Source: Lama glama
Taxonomy: Eukaryota
Direction: 5' to 3'
DNA length: 64,000 nucleotides
NCBI GenBank assembly: GCA_028534125.1
Contig: CM052817.1
Location: forward strand, 13,704,001 to 13,768,000
The notes below the pieces were generated by a model that was given only the letters and a program-made list of their open reading frames with translations, had not been told where the DNA came from and searched no databases. The position numbers and the translations under genes are program-made. This document shows positions 12,290-26,355 of the stretch, in pieces (within the stretch, counting starts at the first letter, position 1; every line of letters starts with the position of its first letter).

Positions 12290-15059
12290 CCACCCCAGCA
12301 AGTCTTAAGATAATAGTTGATACAACGGAGAGGAACATTTCATGGCTCTTACTTATTTCCATGTCTGCTTTCACTAGCAGACTGTGAACTCCTGGGAGTG
12401 GGACTTCCGTTTGTTATTCATCTTTACATGCCTGATGTTTGGCATGATTTTGGATACTCAATAAGCGCCCATTTAATGAATGAATAGACTGATGAGCGCA
12501 GGAAGCAGCCTGTCAACGCAGTGCTCCGAAGGCTTGCTGGAAAAGCGGAGGTGAGCCACTTACAGGTGGGCCGATTTTCTCCACTGACACCGAAGTCACA
12601 TGCTTTCCCATTTTCTGATTTTGAAACATTTGGTGTTCCCATAATAAGAGGCAGACTTCCCTCTGTCACACTTTCCTCTAGTGGCTACTTGCCATGAACA
12701 CTTTCAGGGGAACGAGGTCAAACTGGCTATCTTCCAGCAAGGATTAAAAATAATTAAAAACGAATATTGATGTGGGGCTTCAGGACTTAGGGGATTTGGG
12801 TTTCTTGGTTGGGTTTTGAAGACAAATTCACTATCAAAATATTGCAGCTGATCCTCTTACAGAAGGGAAAATAGTCACATTTTAAAAGTGTATCTTGATT
12901 TCTACCGACCATTGAGCTTTTAAAAATTGTCTCAGACCTAAAATCAAAGCAGTATTTTCACAGTATAACCATACCCTTCTTTACTGCCGTGCTGTTTTAG
13001 GCAGGACATATATGAAAAACAAGTTAAAAAAAAACAGCATACAATCTGCACTTCAGCTTAGCCTTGACCAAATCAAAATTTGAAGGGACTGAGGACTAAT
13101 GAATGAGACCTCAGGCATCTGAAAATACAAAAGCAGGACTACAAGGGTGTGGATGGAAATGACTAGAGAGCTTTTCGAATGCCTTGTCCCAAAACATATG
13201 GACTTTTTGCAAATAACATATATTTCCCTTTCACCTGTCTTATTATGATTAAGTTTCCTTATGTGATAAGACAAATGCAATTTTTTACTTGAAGTGGACA
13301 TGAGTTTTGAAGAACATAAAAACCACCATGTAAAACTGGACCAAAGTTCTACATATCTTTATTTTCTCAGCTCTTCTCTTCAAACTTTAATCCCCAGTAC
13401 TCTTTTAGCTTCAACCCTAAAACTTTTTAGCAAAGATTTCTGATGATGTATATGAATGTCTATGGATATAAAATAGTGGGATGGATATTGTCTAGTGAGG
13501 ATTTCAGATACTGTAAATGAGTATCTGGCATGTTCCAGATAGACTGTTGGCTCTTGGTGAAAGTAAATAGTTTTATTGGACTTCTCTTTTGGTCTATAAA
13601 TTTCATGAAAAACTGGCTCATTAGCTGGAATCAGCAATCATGATGTGCACCCTCTCCACTTTCCTCGCTCAAGGATGTATTCTATCACAGGTTCCTCAGG
13701 CAGGCTCAGACTTAAAAGATTAACTTCACATTTCCAAAGACTAACCATGCAAAGCAATTTCAAATTAAAGTAATTGAATTTGGATTATGGAGCAAGCAAG
13801 CCAGAAGAAAGGCCTTCTCAAATAAGCAACTGTTCATATGTCAAAAACCCAACATGCAGGAATTACAAACACAAATACACAAATATAATTTCACTGCCCA
13901 TACTCTATTTGCTGCTGACCACAATTGTGTTGCAATCAGATAGGAACTCATCCTAGGGAAATGCAAAGAAGCCAGAAATGATCTTTTGATGACGACAATA
14001 AACTAGCTTTCTGGTCTGCACAGTAAGTTGAAGGAAAACAACTTAAGAGAAAACATGGGAACATAAGGAGACAGCATGAATACATATCTGGGAGGGAAAT
14101 AAGATTTATCTAAATGCAACACTGCAAACTCGGGAGCCAACGGCTTCCATGATGAAATCAGCATGAAGCAGAGAAAGTGCGCATCAGGAGAACTGGGTTT
14201 GGTGTTAGACCTGCCTGGTAGCTGTTATGCCCTTATCTATAAAATACATACAAATACCTAATTTTCTGGGGATGCAGGTGAAAGGATCAGACGAGATGGC
14301 CCAAGTGCAAACAACCAGCACAGTACTGGGTCAGGCCGCATGCTCAGTCAACATCAATCTCCATTCTCTGCCTCCCTCCTCTGGAGGTATCGTTGAACTG
14401 TTCTAGGTCTCAGTTTCCACACCTGTGAGATGGGAACAGCCTCAAAAGTTTCCCTTTGATTCTAAAAGAAAGCTCAGAATGAGACCTCACCATGCTACAA
14501 TTATGTTGGGGAGAAAATAAAAAAGAGATATATGAATCATGACCTTAGAAAGGAGAGAGGGCAAGAATTTTCCCTAAGAGGAGAAATCGGAGTTCTAAAT
14601 GACGTAAGTGTATAATAACCATGGAGAATGTACTATCTAGACAAATTGATTCAGCTCATGCTCCATGTTTAAAGGCTTTATTAGGCTACTTGGAGGAACA
14701 TTCAATATATTTCTGTATTCTGTTTACATTGTAGAGATTAGTAAGCAGTTCCTCAAGGTGTTCTAAGCACCAGGAATGAGCCAGACTGTCAGGAAAGAAA
14801 GTTATCTTGACCTGTAACAGCACAGCAGTCTCTGTCATCCTCAGATTTACCTAATGTGGGAAGAGATTCTTATTTAACTAATTCCATTAAAATAAAATAA
14901 TACAGTGGATTGTGACACAGAGATAAGCAATGTTTTTAAAAAGTATGTTTTATTTTATACTTGTTTTTTTAATACAGAGTAGAAGAAGAAAGTAGAGCCA
15001 ATGTTTTTTGGAAGCCTGATATGTGCCAGACATTGCTAGATTTTTTCAGGTAAATAATA

Positions 15060-15235
15060 ATATCAAAAATAACCATTTATGTGTCAAGGACTGTGCCAAG
15101 TGTTTTGCACGCACCATTCCCTTTAATTCTCATACTCGTAGGAGGAAACTTAGGCACAGAAATGGTAACTTGCTGAAGATGGCCAAAACTCAAATCCACT
15201 GGGCACAAAATCCATCACTGCTGTACTATGTTGTC
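15060..15235 (-). mobile_element. MIR SINE
   Basis: accatttatgtgtcaaggactgtgccaagtgttt...gaggaaacttaggcacagaaatggtaacttgc. Confidence 0.7.
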
Positions 15236-16209
15236 CAGAACACATATTAAAACTTCCAACAATGGTTTCCATTGGATGGATTAAGATTATAGCTGAGTTA
15301 GATCAATTACATGTCTTATAATTCAGGAGCAGAAATTATTCTCCAGGGTCCTGGCAGATATGACCTCCATAAACATCTGCTGAAAATGTTACGACAGCCC
15401 TGTCCACAGCTGTATGATTTTAGCAGAGACTCTCATGGAACCCATAGCGTCTCCTGGAAGGGGCAGTTGCCAGCTTCCTGCTCACTCAGCTCTCTTGTCT
15501 CCCCAAAAATCTGTCTCCCATCATTGTTGTAAGCTTCTTATTGGAATTCTTCAGTAAATGATCTCATTGCTTCAATCTTCTCACCAGTAATTACTTCCTA
15601 AATAAACTGCACCTGCATTTCATCCTATCTTCTGTTGAAAGAAATGCAGGCTTGCCCCCAGATGTCCCCACGGCAAGAACTCTAACCCTCTAAACTGCCA
15701 ATATTGACCTCCAAATCCACTTGTCAGGACACATCCTGTTCTCCTTCTGGGACCTTTCCTCTGCCTTCTTATTCACTCCTTTCTCTATTACTTAAGTCGC
15801 TTTGATGAGTCTGTGGGTTTCTCATGTCCTGGGTAATCTCCTCCCTCTCCCTGACACTGCTGAATGATCCTTACACAGTTAGGGATTAGATCTGGGACCA
15901 TCTGTTCTTTCACCTGACTGGTATTCACCTTTAAAACATTGGGATAATCATCACAAAGTGCACTTTCTGGGTTTGTGATGAGGAAGGGAGTTTGAACAGG
16001 AACACAAATCTAAGACATCCTCATTGTTCCTTATGGGATTTGTGTATTTTCCAACAAAGGGGATGCATATTTTTTGCTTTCACTTTTATTCTGAGAAGAG
16101 CACTTTATTTCACTTCATGCTCCTCTATGAATAAGAGATCTATAGTGCATCCTTCCCTCTTTAATTTTTGCAAACTGGTAAGTTCTAGATTTAGCTGTAA
16201 AGAAGGAAG

Positions 16210-16739
16210 TGAAGCATAGCAGAACGTGCCACCCCAAAATACGCCACTTTGGCATAAGGATTTTTTTTGAGCTGAAGGCAATTGAGAAGAAGCAGATACA
16301 AGTAAAGCTCTTTGCCCTTTTCCTATTTACCTAAAAGCAGGACATACATTGTCAAAAGTGTTCCTCCTTCCCTCTCTACCAGGGAAAATGAAAGTTAATC
16401 ACCAGAGACAAATTTTTACCCTACCAGCCAGGAGACTGCACCAGAGGTATGTATAAAACGAACTTTACTAACTAGCTTGTCTCTGCCCTTGGAAGCCTAA
16501 AACTGCTTACCTCTGCCCTGTTATCTCTCCACAAGTATATTGTTCTTTGTTAAGGATGGTGTATAAGCCAAGCGACCTCTTCGAATTTCTCATTTTTCCC
16601 TGGTTATCTCCCATGTATGCATGAAGAAAATGTTAATAACCTTCCGCCTGCTCTTCTCTGGTTGACCCATCTTTTATCACAGGGATTTCAGCTAAGAACT
16701 CAGAAGGTTAGAGGGGAAATTATGCTTTCCTCTCCTACA
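16210..16739 (+). mobile_element. ERV1 MER34-like solo LTR
   Basis: TG...CA termini. gccaccccaaaatacgccactttggcataaggat...gagctgaaggcaattgagaag is the MER34-family start. Flanks GAAG/CAAG fit a 4-bp TSD with one mismatch. Confidence 0.85.
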
Positions 16740-17346
16740 CAAGCCTCTCTCTTTGTCTCTCAGTGGAGTTTTCCAGGCTTCCAGGAGTGTGTGTTCACCA
16801 TGTCTGTCTGTATCTCACTTCCACTAATGTCTACTATGAACGGACATCCTACTCTAATTGTCCCTCTCCATGTCCTCTATACAACTCCAGAGCATGGCAG
16901 CCTTGGCCTTGGCACCTTTTCCTGTTCCCCATGTATAGATTTTTGGACCTCTTCCTTAGTTAATGAGGAAATTAAGACAATTGTACTTCCTCATCAGTGT
17001 CTGGTGTAAACCCCACCTCCACTGGGGAGCCTTTTATGATAACTGCAGTCATCACTGATCAAGCAACTCAACAGGATTATTCATTAGTCTGTCCTGGACT
17101 CTAATTGCCTGTATTACATAATTAAGTATCGTATGCACACAACATCATCACACTGAATTGTCATTGCCTAGGGAAAATTAATGCCTGAAAATGTTCTTGA
17201 TAGATCGAATGGCTCACGAGAAAAATAATGTATTCAACTATAGAAAGCACACAGACACGGTAGGTGCCCAGGTGAAAATGGCACAGAAAGGTGACTAAAA
17301 GATAATATGACATTGTGTATTTCTAACAACAGCAAGAAATAGAAAA

Positions 17347-17992
17347 TGTCAATTCTCACTGTTTGTCATAGTTATGTTCTATAAAATTGTTATGAACACT
17401 GAATTAGCAAATATTGAACCATAGCTCTAAGGGGAATAGAGGGATGGGGTCCTGTGAGCCTCTAGTCACAAGATTTTCATCAACCAATCAATACATAACC
17501 TTGTTTTATGTGCATTTCTATTTTAAGTTACCTTATTTAATATATGTGGTTAACTCACTGACATTGAGTTCATAGCCAACAACACTGTAACTCATATCTA
17601 AATAAAGTTTACCTAACACACGTATTTTCTCCGTAAGGGACCTCACAATCTTCTAAAGCACGGGGAGACTAGACAGCACCCCAGCACTGTGCATGGGGAC
17701 CACCTTAAAGAGTGGAATCACCAACAAAAAGCACAAAAATATGAAAAATGTGAAGCTAAATAGATGGAGAAAAGGACACTGGTTTACAATGTGAGCATGG
17801 AAAGAAGAAGTCAGAGCATCACCTTGTTCAGTCTTAGCTGGGAATGTGTGCACCAGACTCCAAGTTTCCCACACTTCGCGGACGTCCACAATGACCATGG
17901 AAGTGCCATGAGTCTTGACGCTGAGGTTACAACTACAATTTACCAAGTAGACGAGTTTGCAAATATGGAATAGGTGAAGACTGAGCACAGGT
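17347..17992 (+). mobile_element. MER82-like TcMar-Tigger DNA transposon, near full length
   Basis: tagttatgttctataaa...gaacactgaattagcaaatattgaaccatagctc...caccaacaaaaagcacaaaaat...tttgcaaatatggaat, about 650 bp with degenerate terminal inverted repeats. Confidence 0.88.
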
Positions 17993-18438
17993 TACATGTA
18001 TAAAGAAAAAAATGGAAGGGATTGTGTAATTTTTTTAAAAATAACTTTTGCTGTCTTTTAAATTGTTATTATTGAATACACTGCTTTAATACACACAGAA
18101 GGAATACATGTTCTAAAAGTTTAAGTCAGCCACGTTAGTTTTGTCATCTAAATTTCAAAAGCAGGGAGGGAAAATCCTGCCCTCAGAGATTACCAATAAA
18201 GTTCTTTTTCCAGGTGATGTAGGGAAAAGTTCAGAAGTGGACTCAGACCTCTGGTCACATTATGCTTCCACCACTTACAACCATGCAGCTTTTGACAAGC
18301 CACACAGCTAGCTCAGTTCTAGTTTCCTTAACTTCATGTGAAGTCTTTCTCTCTTGGAATTGTCCCTCAATGCATTGCATTTCTTCTCTCTACTGAAGGG
18401 TTTTTGAAGTTCATGGTTAATGTCTGCGTGTCCTAGCA

Positions 18439-18597
18439 CAGTGCTTCTCCAGTTTCAATGGCACACAAGTCCCGTGGGGATCATGATAAAATGCAGACTG
18501 ATTCAGCAGGTCTGGGTGGGGCCTCAGATTTCACATTTCTAACAAGCTCTCAGATGCCGCTGATTCATGGACCATACTTTAATTAGCAAAACCCTAG
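18439..18597 (+). mobile_element. MER5A hAT-Charlie element
   Basis: aaaatgcagactgattcagcaggtctgggtggggcctcagatttcacatttctaacaagctc. Orientation is nominal because the element is semi-palindromic. Confidence 0.88.
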
Positions 18598-20279
18598 AAC
18601 ATTTCAGATGACTTCTAATCTCCATCATCTCCTTTGTCTCAAAATATTTCACTTCTTCTATTTTTCAGTAGCTTTTACTTATTGGCCAAAGCTCTGATTC
18701 TCAAGTATAACAAGCCCCACGCAATTAAAGGGAGAATCATAGCCCAGAATTGCTGACAATACTTTTGGTTTCTCCATGCTACTCTCCTTTTGGTTCCACT
18801 GAGCATGGACTGTATATACGTTTAGACGAATGGCAGATTTAAGACGTAGTCTTAGATAATATAGCTGACATGAAGTCATAGCTCTTGAATGCATATTTTA
18901 ATTATTAGGGAAATGCAATTGTGGAAGAATGGAGAAACCGGAAGAGAAAAATCATATAAACAATGAATTAAAAACACAATTTGCCTTTCAAATAGAAATA
19001 ATATCTGCCATTTATTAAGCACTTTCCATGTGCTAGGCATATCATTACACGAGTAATGAATTAGGCTAGGAATGAGTGATTGATTATTTGAGTAACTGGA
19101 TAAACTCGGACAATTATTGCCTTTGTTTTGTGCTATATGACATTGTTGGGTTTTTTTCAATGACTGTAAAGTGGTAGGCATTTCAATAGAGGAATGGGGA
19201 ATTTTAATTTGATGTGGTTGACAAGATGTTTGATGGGACTGTCACAATGACAGCAAATTTTTCAATGCATTTATTGGGATTACCTGTGCTGACTGAAATT
19301 CAAAAGGGGGTCAGAAAGGTTTTATTCACACTGACCTATTCTGAATGCAATGCAGAGGAAAAAAAAATAATATGACAAGGAATTGCCAGGATTCCTAGTA
19401 AGAAAACTCTGTTGTTCAATCTGTGCTGAGGAATGAGGAGAATCACGAATAGAAAATGATCGGGCGTATTTAGAAGATCCAAAGCGGACCTAGTAGAGCA
19501 AAAGAACAAAAGCCCTGAACACCAGGAGAGAGAAGGGCTGAACCACCAAAATCTCTTAAAGTTCTTACTGTTTTGCAGAAATACATAATAAAATGTGGAT
19601 CTTCACTTCTTACTCAATTTTTGTCCCGGCTTTGAAGATGTAAGTTCTTTATGCGTTGACATTTCTGTTTTGAGTTTCAAATGCAGAGTGGTAAACAGAG
19701 CAGAAGGTAGGATCTAGATTTTTAAATTAAGTCAGGATATTCTGTTTGAAAAGTGAGAGATCTTTGAGGGAGAGAGCTACTGGCTGATTTATTAAAGATA
19801 AAATTTATATATCTATTTTTATTGAAGCCTGTTGTAAGATGAGATCTCCTGTATTCTGCCACTGTAAGGACATGAGCACTAATGAACAAAGCATAAAAGG
19901 CACAGTCTTAGGACTGTCGCTTTCTCTACCTGTGGAAGTATCTACATGGGTTCTTATTAATAATATTATATTATAAAACTTAGTAACATAAAGCTCCAAT
20001 GGTTTTAGAATAGATTCTCTTCTCACTGATGAAATGCATGTCTCCATCATTATATTAAAATTTATTTAGTGCTTTGTGGCATCTCTTTTTCCAAGGCTTT
20101 CCTTGGAATACATTAATTTATCTCATCATGATTTTATTTTCTCTTATCATCTATAACAAGACTTTGAGCATAAGGATGAGGGCTATGGTATGAGATTCTT
20201 GGACTCCTCCACAGTGCTTATCACACAATGATTGGCATAGTTTCATGAGTGCCAGTCTACATCATTAATTATAATAAAA

Positions 20280-20480
20280 TGATAGTTACCATTTTATTGA
20301 GAATCCCCTATAGGACAGACATTCTGATGTATAATTGATACTTCTTACCACAACCCATGTAAGGCAGTATCATTATTCCCTTTTTGACACATGAGGAAAT
20401 AGAATCTCAGAGAGCTTAACAGTGAGTCTCATGTCACAGAAATAGTAAACAAAAGAGCCTGGTTTTCTCTGGCTCCGAAC
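20280..20480 (-). mobile_element. MIR SINE
   Basis: ttattccctttttgacacatgaggaaatagaatctcagagag. Confidence 0.75.
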
Positions 20481-21029
20481 ATACCCACCATCACCATTAG
20501 TGCTGAACAAGTATCTATCTAGGAAAACAGTATTTGACAAAAGTCATAGTGCTGACTACCTGCTGTTTTCAGTCTGCTCTTCTGTCAATCCACTTTAATT
20601 CCACACGCCAAAATAATTGCCAAATGTTACTGTAAAGCCACCCCCATATCGAAAAGTGTGGGAGCAGTTTCCAAATGTATTTGCTAAAAAAATTCTAGCC
20701 TACATAGTCTGGCTTTTAAGATCCTACTCATCAGCTAATTCCAACACCATCATTTCCTATTCTCCTTTAAAGCCCAACAGACCACCTTCTAAAAATGTTA
20801 ATATAAAATGTATTCAAATATGAAGGACATCTGAAACTCTCCAGTATACACAGGAGGCAATGTGGTGCGGTGGGAAAAGTCTAGGACTGGGTTTGAGAAT
20901 TCTAGAACATTTTAATAGCAACATTTTTTAATTCTTGCCCTGACCAAAACGTCCACAACTGTAGTCCTAGGTCCACTGTCATTCTGTACTCCTTCACCTT
21001 AGTTATTTTCCGTCATTGCATTAATTATA

Positions 21030-21335
21030 TGCATCAGTCAGGTTAAGTAATGCTGCATTATTCTGTGCTAATAAACAAACCCTACATCTCAGTGGGTTAT
21101 CGCAACAAAGGGTTTTGCTTGCTCCCACCCAAGTGTGATGCAGCTCAGCTGTCTCTTCTCTACCTTGTTGCTGTATGCCCTGGCACATGTAAACGCTCAA
21201 GACAGAAGGACAAGAAGAGATGAAAGAGGCACATGACCTTTTAACTGGCTTGGCCTGAAAGGGACACACATCACTTTTGTTCTGGGAAATGTAGAGGAGC
21301 TCCTGTGTGTTCTGTGACCACTATCATTGCCACAC
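21030..21335 (-). mobile_element. Old MLT1 (K/L-like) MaLR LTR
   Basis: tgcatcagtcagg...aaacaaaccctacatctcagtgggtt is the antisense MLT1 3' end. Confidence 0.65.
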
Positions 21336-21508
21336 TACCTGACAATCACATTTATAGTTATTTCCAGTTCTCCTCTCTCTCCTCTATTATAGAAAATCCT
21401 GTCATATGGTCATCAGTTTTTATTTTATTTGCCATGGTAACAAGATCAAGTAGAACAGTGGGTGGTGTACAGTGGGTGCTCAATAAGCAATTGTTAAATT
21501 AAAGAATT

Positions 21509-21985
21509 ATGATTGATTAAAGGCCACAAATTGCTGGATGCTTCTTTTGTTGAGAAGTGGAGTCTATGCCCTTTGCCCTTGAGTCTGGGCTGGCCTATGA
21601 TAGCTTTGACCAATACTTTATGGTGGAAATAATACTGTGAGCTCAGGGCTAGCCTGTAAGAGAGCTGGTGGTTTTCACTGTCTTCCTAGCAGAGCCCTAC
21701 GACACTGTGTAAGGTGTCTGACCTTCCTGAGGCAGCCGTGCTGGAGGAGGCACAAGCTAGCCATTTGCAGAGGCTGCACAGAGGAAGAGAGAGAGATGTC
21801 CAAGCAGCCCCCCAGCTCTTCAGCACCTTTTGGTTATCCAGCTGAGGTCACAAACATTGTGGAACAGAGACACATCAACCCTGTCCAAGTCTTTGATTTA
21901 TGACATAGTATGTAATAACGATGAATTGTTCTTTGAAGCGCTACGTTTGGGGTTGGTTGGCTATACAGTAATAGGTAACTGGACT
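21509..21985 (+). mobile_element. MLT1 (F/G/H-like) MaLR LTR
   Basis: ggccacaaatt...gagaagtggagtctatg...gcccttgagtctgggctggc; ends ctatacagtaataggtaactgga. Confidence 0.8.
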
Positions 21986-24909
21986 CATCCTTCTCAGTGA
22001 CTGACTTTTGCCTGGTCAATCCCCATGCCTACAGTCAGTCCTAACGCATGCATTATCCCTCCGGGCCTAGGGCCCAATACTTTACAGAGATGTTAACTCT
22101 TTCATGTTAGTGTACAAATGATTCTTTTCTGAGAAGCCTTTACCTTCTCTCTGGTCTGATTTTGAGGACTGTCTTCTTTTGATGTAATCTGGCTCTGTGT
22201 GTGTGCATCTCCCATAGCACAGGACACCTGATCATTTCTGTATATTTATTCTTTATTTGCCGTGGTCTGCATGACAGTATACAGTGCACGTTCTCAGGGC
22301 ATCTAGTTATTCCTCATCCTGTATCTTCCACTCAAGGAAACAATTTGAAACATAAGTGAATAAGAGTGATACTCTTTAAAGGATACTTTTAAACCCATTT
22401 CCATGTATTAGAAACACTTTTAAAAGCCTGTCATTCACATTAACTATTATTAGTTAAGATTTACTTGTGGGCACACTTTGTAACTGAACACCGTTCATCT
22501 CACAGGTCATCTTGACTTACCCACTCATCCAGCAACCAGAGGTGACAGTAGCTGCTTTAATATATGTGTATATTTAAAGCATTTCTGTTCCTAATAATTG
22601 TAAACCCTTAAGGACACCCTGAGTCAAAATTATCAGTTGAGGTAACCAGCAAATATTCATATTTATGCATAAAAGTGAATAAATGAAAACAAAATTGAAA
22701 TGCCATCTAAAGCTGAAAATAAATATTTAGGAAATATTCCTAAATCTCTCTCTTTGTCTCTCTTTTTTCACTTTCCGATCATTTGTGGGTACAGTACAAT
22801 TGTAATAAAATTATACTGGCATTATAAAAGGATCAAATTATGGTGGTACTGTTTTAAATCTTCTTTAAGAAGGTTTAAAGAATAATCAGATATTGCAAAA
22901 TGTGGTCATAATTGCAATTTGATTTAAATTAACATGAAATAATTAGGGAAAAATTTCACCTCTCTGTCCCAAGTCAATGGTTCTATGGCTCTTTGGTTAC
23001 AAGGCAAAAAAGGTAAATACTTATCTAGTATGTTAGATATTAAGATGTTAAGTAAGTTTGGAAAAATTGTATCAAAACAAAATTCTCCTCGGAAGAGACT
23101 GAAACAAAGAGATCATATCAAGCAAGAACCATGTATTTCCTGGAATATTCTTAAAATAGAAATCTATCTTACAAACTAAACAAAACATACATTGTTGCAT
23201 ACTCCTAAATCCCTTCACAAAAATGTGGCAATATGGCATTAAGGCAAATATGGTAGTTCAACCAGCCAAGTAAACACTGAATAAGAATTAGGAGTGATGA
23301 CAACATTATCAGATATTTTCCTCTGGTTGATCACTCAGGTTCAAAAATACCAAATTTATCTCAAGACATCCTGATTAGGCATTTACCTACTTGGTAAATT
23401 GAGCAGTTGGAGATCAGAAGCATGCATCCAATTAAGAATGTCATTGAGAGTTTTTCATCGGCTGGCCTCTTCTGTTTTCTGTAATTTAGTTCACATTCAG
23501 CACCTCATTGAAGAGAGTTATGTGCAAACTCAGTTCATCCTCTAAGATCTGCTCGAATGCCACCTATTTTGAAAATGGCTCCTGAAGTTCCATTCTAGAA
23601 CAACTCTTCTCCTAAAGCTGCCATACATAGCACGCATGAGGAATTCTGGGGTTTCCCCTGTGAACTGCAATGATTTCCAGACGTTAGCACCTCTGCCAGC
23701 CTGGAAGCTCCGCAAGGAACAGAGCACATGTTTTATTCACGCTGGCTCCTCGGTGGGGCACAGCTCCTGGACCGCACTTCTTTGAACACCAAATGCAAGA
23801 AGTGTCATTTTTCTTTCTCTTATCTTTCACATCCATCTTCTTTTCTAGCTGTTTGCAAGACATTACATTGTGTTAAAGAGAATATGTGTAAATTCTGATA
23901 GCTAAGTGAGATAAATGAGAAGTCCATGAATAAATAGGAGAAAAAAATCTTTTCTCCTGTCATATCTGTTGTATCTTTCATTTATTTGAATTTTCAGGTC
24001 CTTTTTTTTTATGATTGACAGATTTTTTTTAAACTAAAAATGGTGATTAAGTTTTCCTTCATTACATGTTACTACATGCTAGTCACTAGGTGATAGAGCT
24101 GAGAAATCGGATTGTAGAAAGAAAAAACTCATTGCTTTCAATCACAAAACACAAGTATAGATGTTGTCCAGATACTATTTAATTCCTTGTTTTTTATTTT
24201 ACACGTAATGGAAATGTTTGATAATTCTCAGAATAGCAGTAAGAACAAAGCAATACTTCCATTGAGTTTTGAAATCCTTTTGACCCTAAAATGTGACTTT
24301 AATTACAATTTTAAAATTATTAAGAAAGTATTGAGTTCCTACTAAAATTTGAGAGTGCAGCATATTGCAGGAGATGCGTGGAAGATTAAGACTAATTTGG
24401 CTCCAAAAATCTTCCAGTTTAATATCAATGGTAAGGGGTTTGACAAAGGTGCACTACCACTGCTTGACAATGTGATAAGCTAAGATTTAGGTCACAAAAC
24501 AGAAGCAAGTTTCAAACAGAAAATAAGTTTCTGCTGTAGGGAAGACTGGCTCTGGAGCATAGATTGGCAATGCAGCATTGCTGGGATTTCAGACCATCTT
24601 GGATATTCCATGACAGAGGTACAACTTCAGTACATTGGAGTTTGAAAATAGAGGGAACATCAGTCAGACTCTATTCCTCCATATCTCGTATTGCAAATTT
24701 CTCCTTTCTAAAATTAAAATTGTCATCATATCTCCTCCCACCCATAGCCCTTACATTTTAGAGAAATCTTCTATTTTCCAAGTGTTTGGAATTTAGAGTC
24801 TTGCTTGTACGCCTTGCTGAGAATTCCAAATGCCCTCAGCTTACCCTTTAAATCTTTTGATCATATCCTTGAACAAAATGACTTTAATCAACAATTTGTA
24901 TACACAAGC

Positions 24910-25057
24910 AAACTACCAAGGAAGGGTCTTTCCAAGAACCCCCTGTACTTTCTGAAATTGTATGCAAAATTGCATATACATTTTTCTACGATTAGGGTCC
25001 ATGACTTTTGTAAAATGCTCAAACGGAGTCCCTGGCCCTCTCCATTTGAGAACTTCT
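24910..25057. mobile_element. hAT-Charlie-type DNA transposon fragment
   Basis: gaaattgtatgcaaaatt...gggtccatgacttttgtaaaatgctcaaacggagtcc...ttgagaacttctg resembles old Charlie-family MER elements. Confidence 0.5.
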
Positions 25058-26355
25058 GCTGCGTATAGGCCAAGGAGAATATGTTTTTTAAAATACTGTG
25101 AAGTCGCAGCACTTAAGATTTTTAAACTATGCAGAAGAATTTCCTGGAGGTAGTTGGTCACCCAGAAGAGGGACCACAGAATCACTCCTCGTACAAGGCA
25201 TTTGTTACTGAACAACTCCTCATCCCTTGGCGGATCTTCAGCATGGAGTGAAAAGTCTAACTTCACATGGTGACGCTTCCTGCACCTCCTCTGTCTCTCT
25301 CAGGCTTAACAGGATCTTTTGTTGACTTAAATCAGAGTCACATGCAGAGCTGCGATGATTTCTGAGTTGGCATTGTGAGTTGCTGGGACAGCTGCAAACT
25401 TCTGGGGCTGGAAGAGTTAAGGCTCGTGGTGATTCAACTGGGTGCGTGTGCCAGAAACAGAGGGAGGGAAAGATTTGATCTCAAATTATATCCTCATCAG
25501 ACCTCTCCAACTGCCAGGGGCCAGACAGATCAACATAACTGAGTGAAAGGACCCAGTGGGGTCAAAGGTAGACAAGAGGAGGGGGGCCTAGGCTGCTGCT
25601 TCTTCATTCCCACTGATCGCACTGACTGGACTAGAGGGTAATGTTGTTAAATCACAGAATTTTTGTGAAAAGCTGAGAATCTGGATTTGCGTGTGAAATT
25701 TTCCAAGGTGTATGCGTTGATAACTAAATTGGAACATTTTAAAGCACACAGAACAAAGATAAAACATCCCATAGCTGATACAGGGTCTAGAGACCTAAGT
25801 TTGCCAAATTGCCTGTAGAGCTTAATCCCCTCAACTATTTTCTTCTACCATATTTGTAATAAATTTGAACTGCTTAGTGTCCCCAGGAAACAGCTTGAAA
25901 TTCCCTGTCTTGTGGCTTAGTCTCATGAAATCCCCTCCGTTAATAATTCCCTCTCTTCACTCTCCCACTTCTTTACTCAACTGCATCCAAGTTATTTGCC
26001 TCCATGATGAAGCCTTCTCCTTTTAAAACCAGTAAATACACTGACTTCACCACATACATGACAAAGTGTCCTGTATTGGCCCATGAGATATTCTTTGTGA
26101 TGTTCCTGTTATTTTTGAATGCTCAGGGGTCTGTCTCATCTCTCTTTGTTATTCATTCATTCACCCTACAAACAGCTAATCCATCCTCTGTATTACGCAC
26201 AAGGCACCGAAGATGCCGCCAGGGAGTAACAGGCTTCCCGTCCTTCTGGAGCTCACCGCAAGCACACATCTAATACACTTCTGACTCACCAGAGGGTCAC
26301 TATAAACTGTCGAGAGACAGCTGAAATTCTCAGAAGGCTTTCTGAACTGACACAT

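Noticed and set aside
26285..26303. CTCF-like motifs here and at about 22532 and 60366
   Set aside because: Each has an indel or several mismatches in the core consensus.
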